This document shows, one piece after another, positions 45,293 to 45,526 of a stretch of DNA of 45,526 nt; the stretch's first letter is position 1, and each line of letters begins with the position of its first letter. The notes under the pieces are model-generated. The model had not been told where the DNA came from. It worked only from the letters and a program-made list of their open reading frames with translations, and searched no databases. The stretch lies in assembly GCF_006345805.1 (NCBI RefSeq), contig NW_021834799.1, forward strand, positions 1-45,526, in the 5' to 3' direction. A program made the position numbers and the translations under genes. This stretch comes from Octopus sinensis (lineage: Eukaryota).

Positions 45293-45526
45293 ATATATAA
45301 GACGTTTGTTTGGATTTTCGAAGCTTTAACGTCTGGAGCGCAGCATTAGTGTTGACCCCTTCAACCATTAGTGGTTGAGCATTTATCATTACTGTTAATG
45401 CATCAAAGATTAGTTTTCACGCTTAGCATTAATGTCAATGATTGAAAGTTTAAAACATTAGCTTTTAAACTGCATATAAGCAAGTATTAACGTTTTTCAG
45501 AAAATTCTGTGTTACGGTAAGACGGG

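Overview
AT-rich, transposon-saturated eukaryotic nuclear DNA. Small, more GC-rich host gene islands sit among mostly decayed mobile elements. Host genes reconstructed by hand are INO80 (965 aa, 16 introns), MRPL40/mL40, a USP6NL/RN-tre-like TBC RabGAP, a 95-aa tandem CCCH zinc-finger gene and tRNA-Arg(TCT). An ABCF3 copy, an NDUFA12 copy and an ankyrin-repeat fragment are disrupted. Almost all introns are 22-28 nt GT-AG micro-introns, which is why the ORF track is fragmented. The animal-like MRPL40, NDUFA12 and USP6NL plus micro-introns suggest a reduced animal parasite such as a dicyemid or myxozoan; this is inference and the taxon cannot be fixed from sequence alone. Mobile DNA includes pogo, Tc1 (DD35E), Buster-type hAT elements and a MITE, Ginger2/TDD, a CGGBP1-like hAT relative, and CRE, RTE, R4/Dong-like REL and APE-type LINE fragments. 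Main observations: (1) transposases of three superfamilies carry host-sized micro-introns, and two related Ginger2 integrases have them at non-shared positions; (2) a 2.1-kb, 82-bp higher-order satellite is fused directly to the 3' end of a REL-endonuclease retrotransposon; (3) that retrotransposon holds a LINE > Ginger2 > hAT nest with readable target-site duplications. All family assignments come from remembered motifs; no database search was run.
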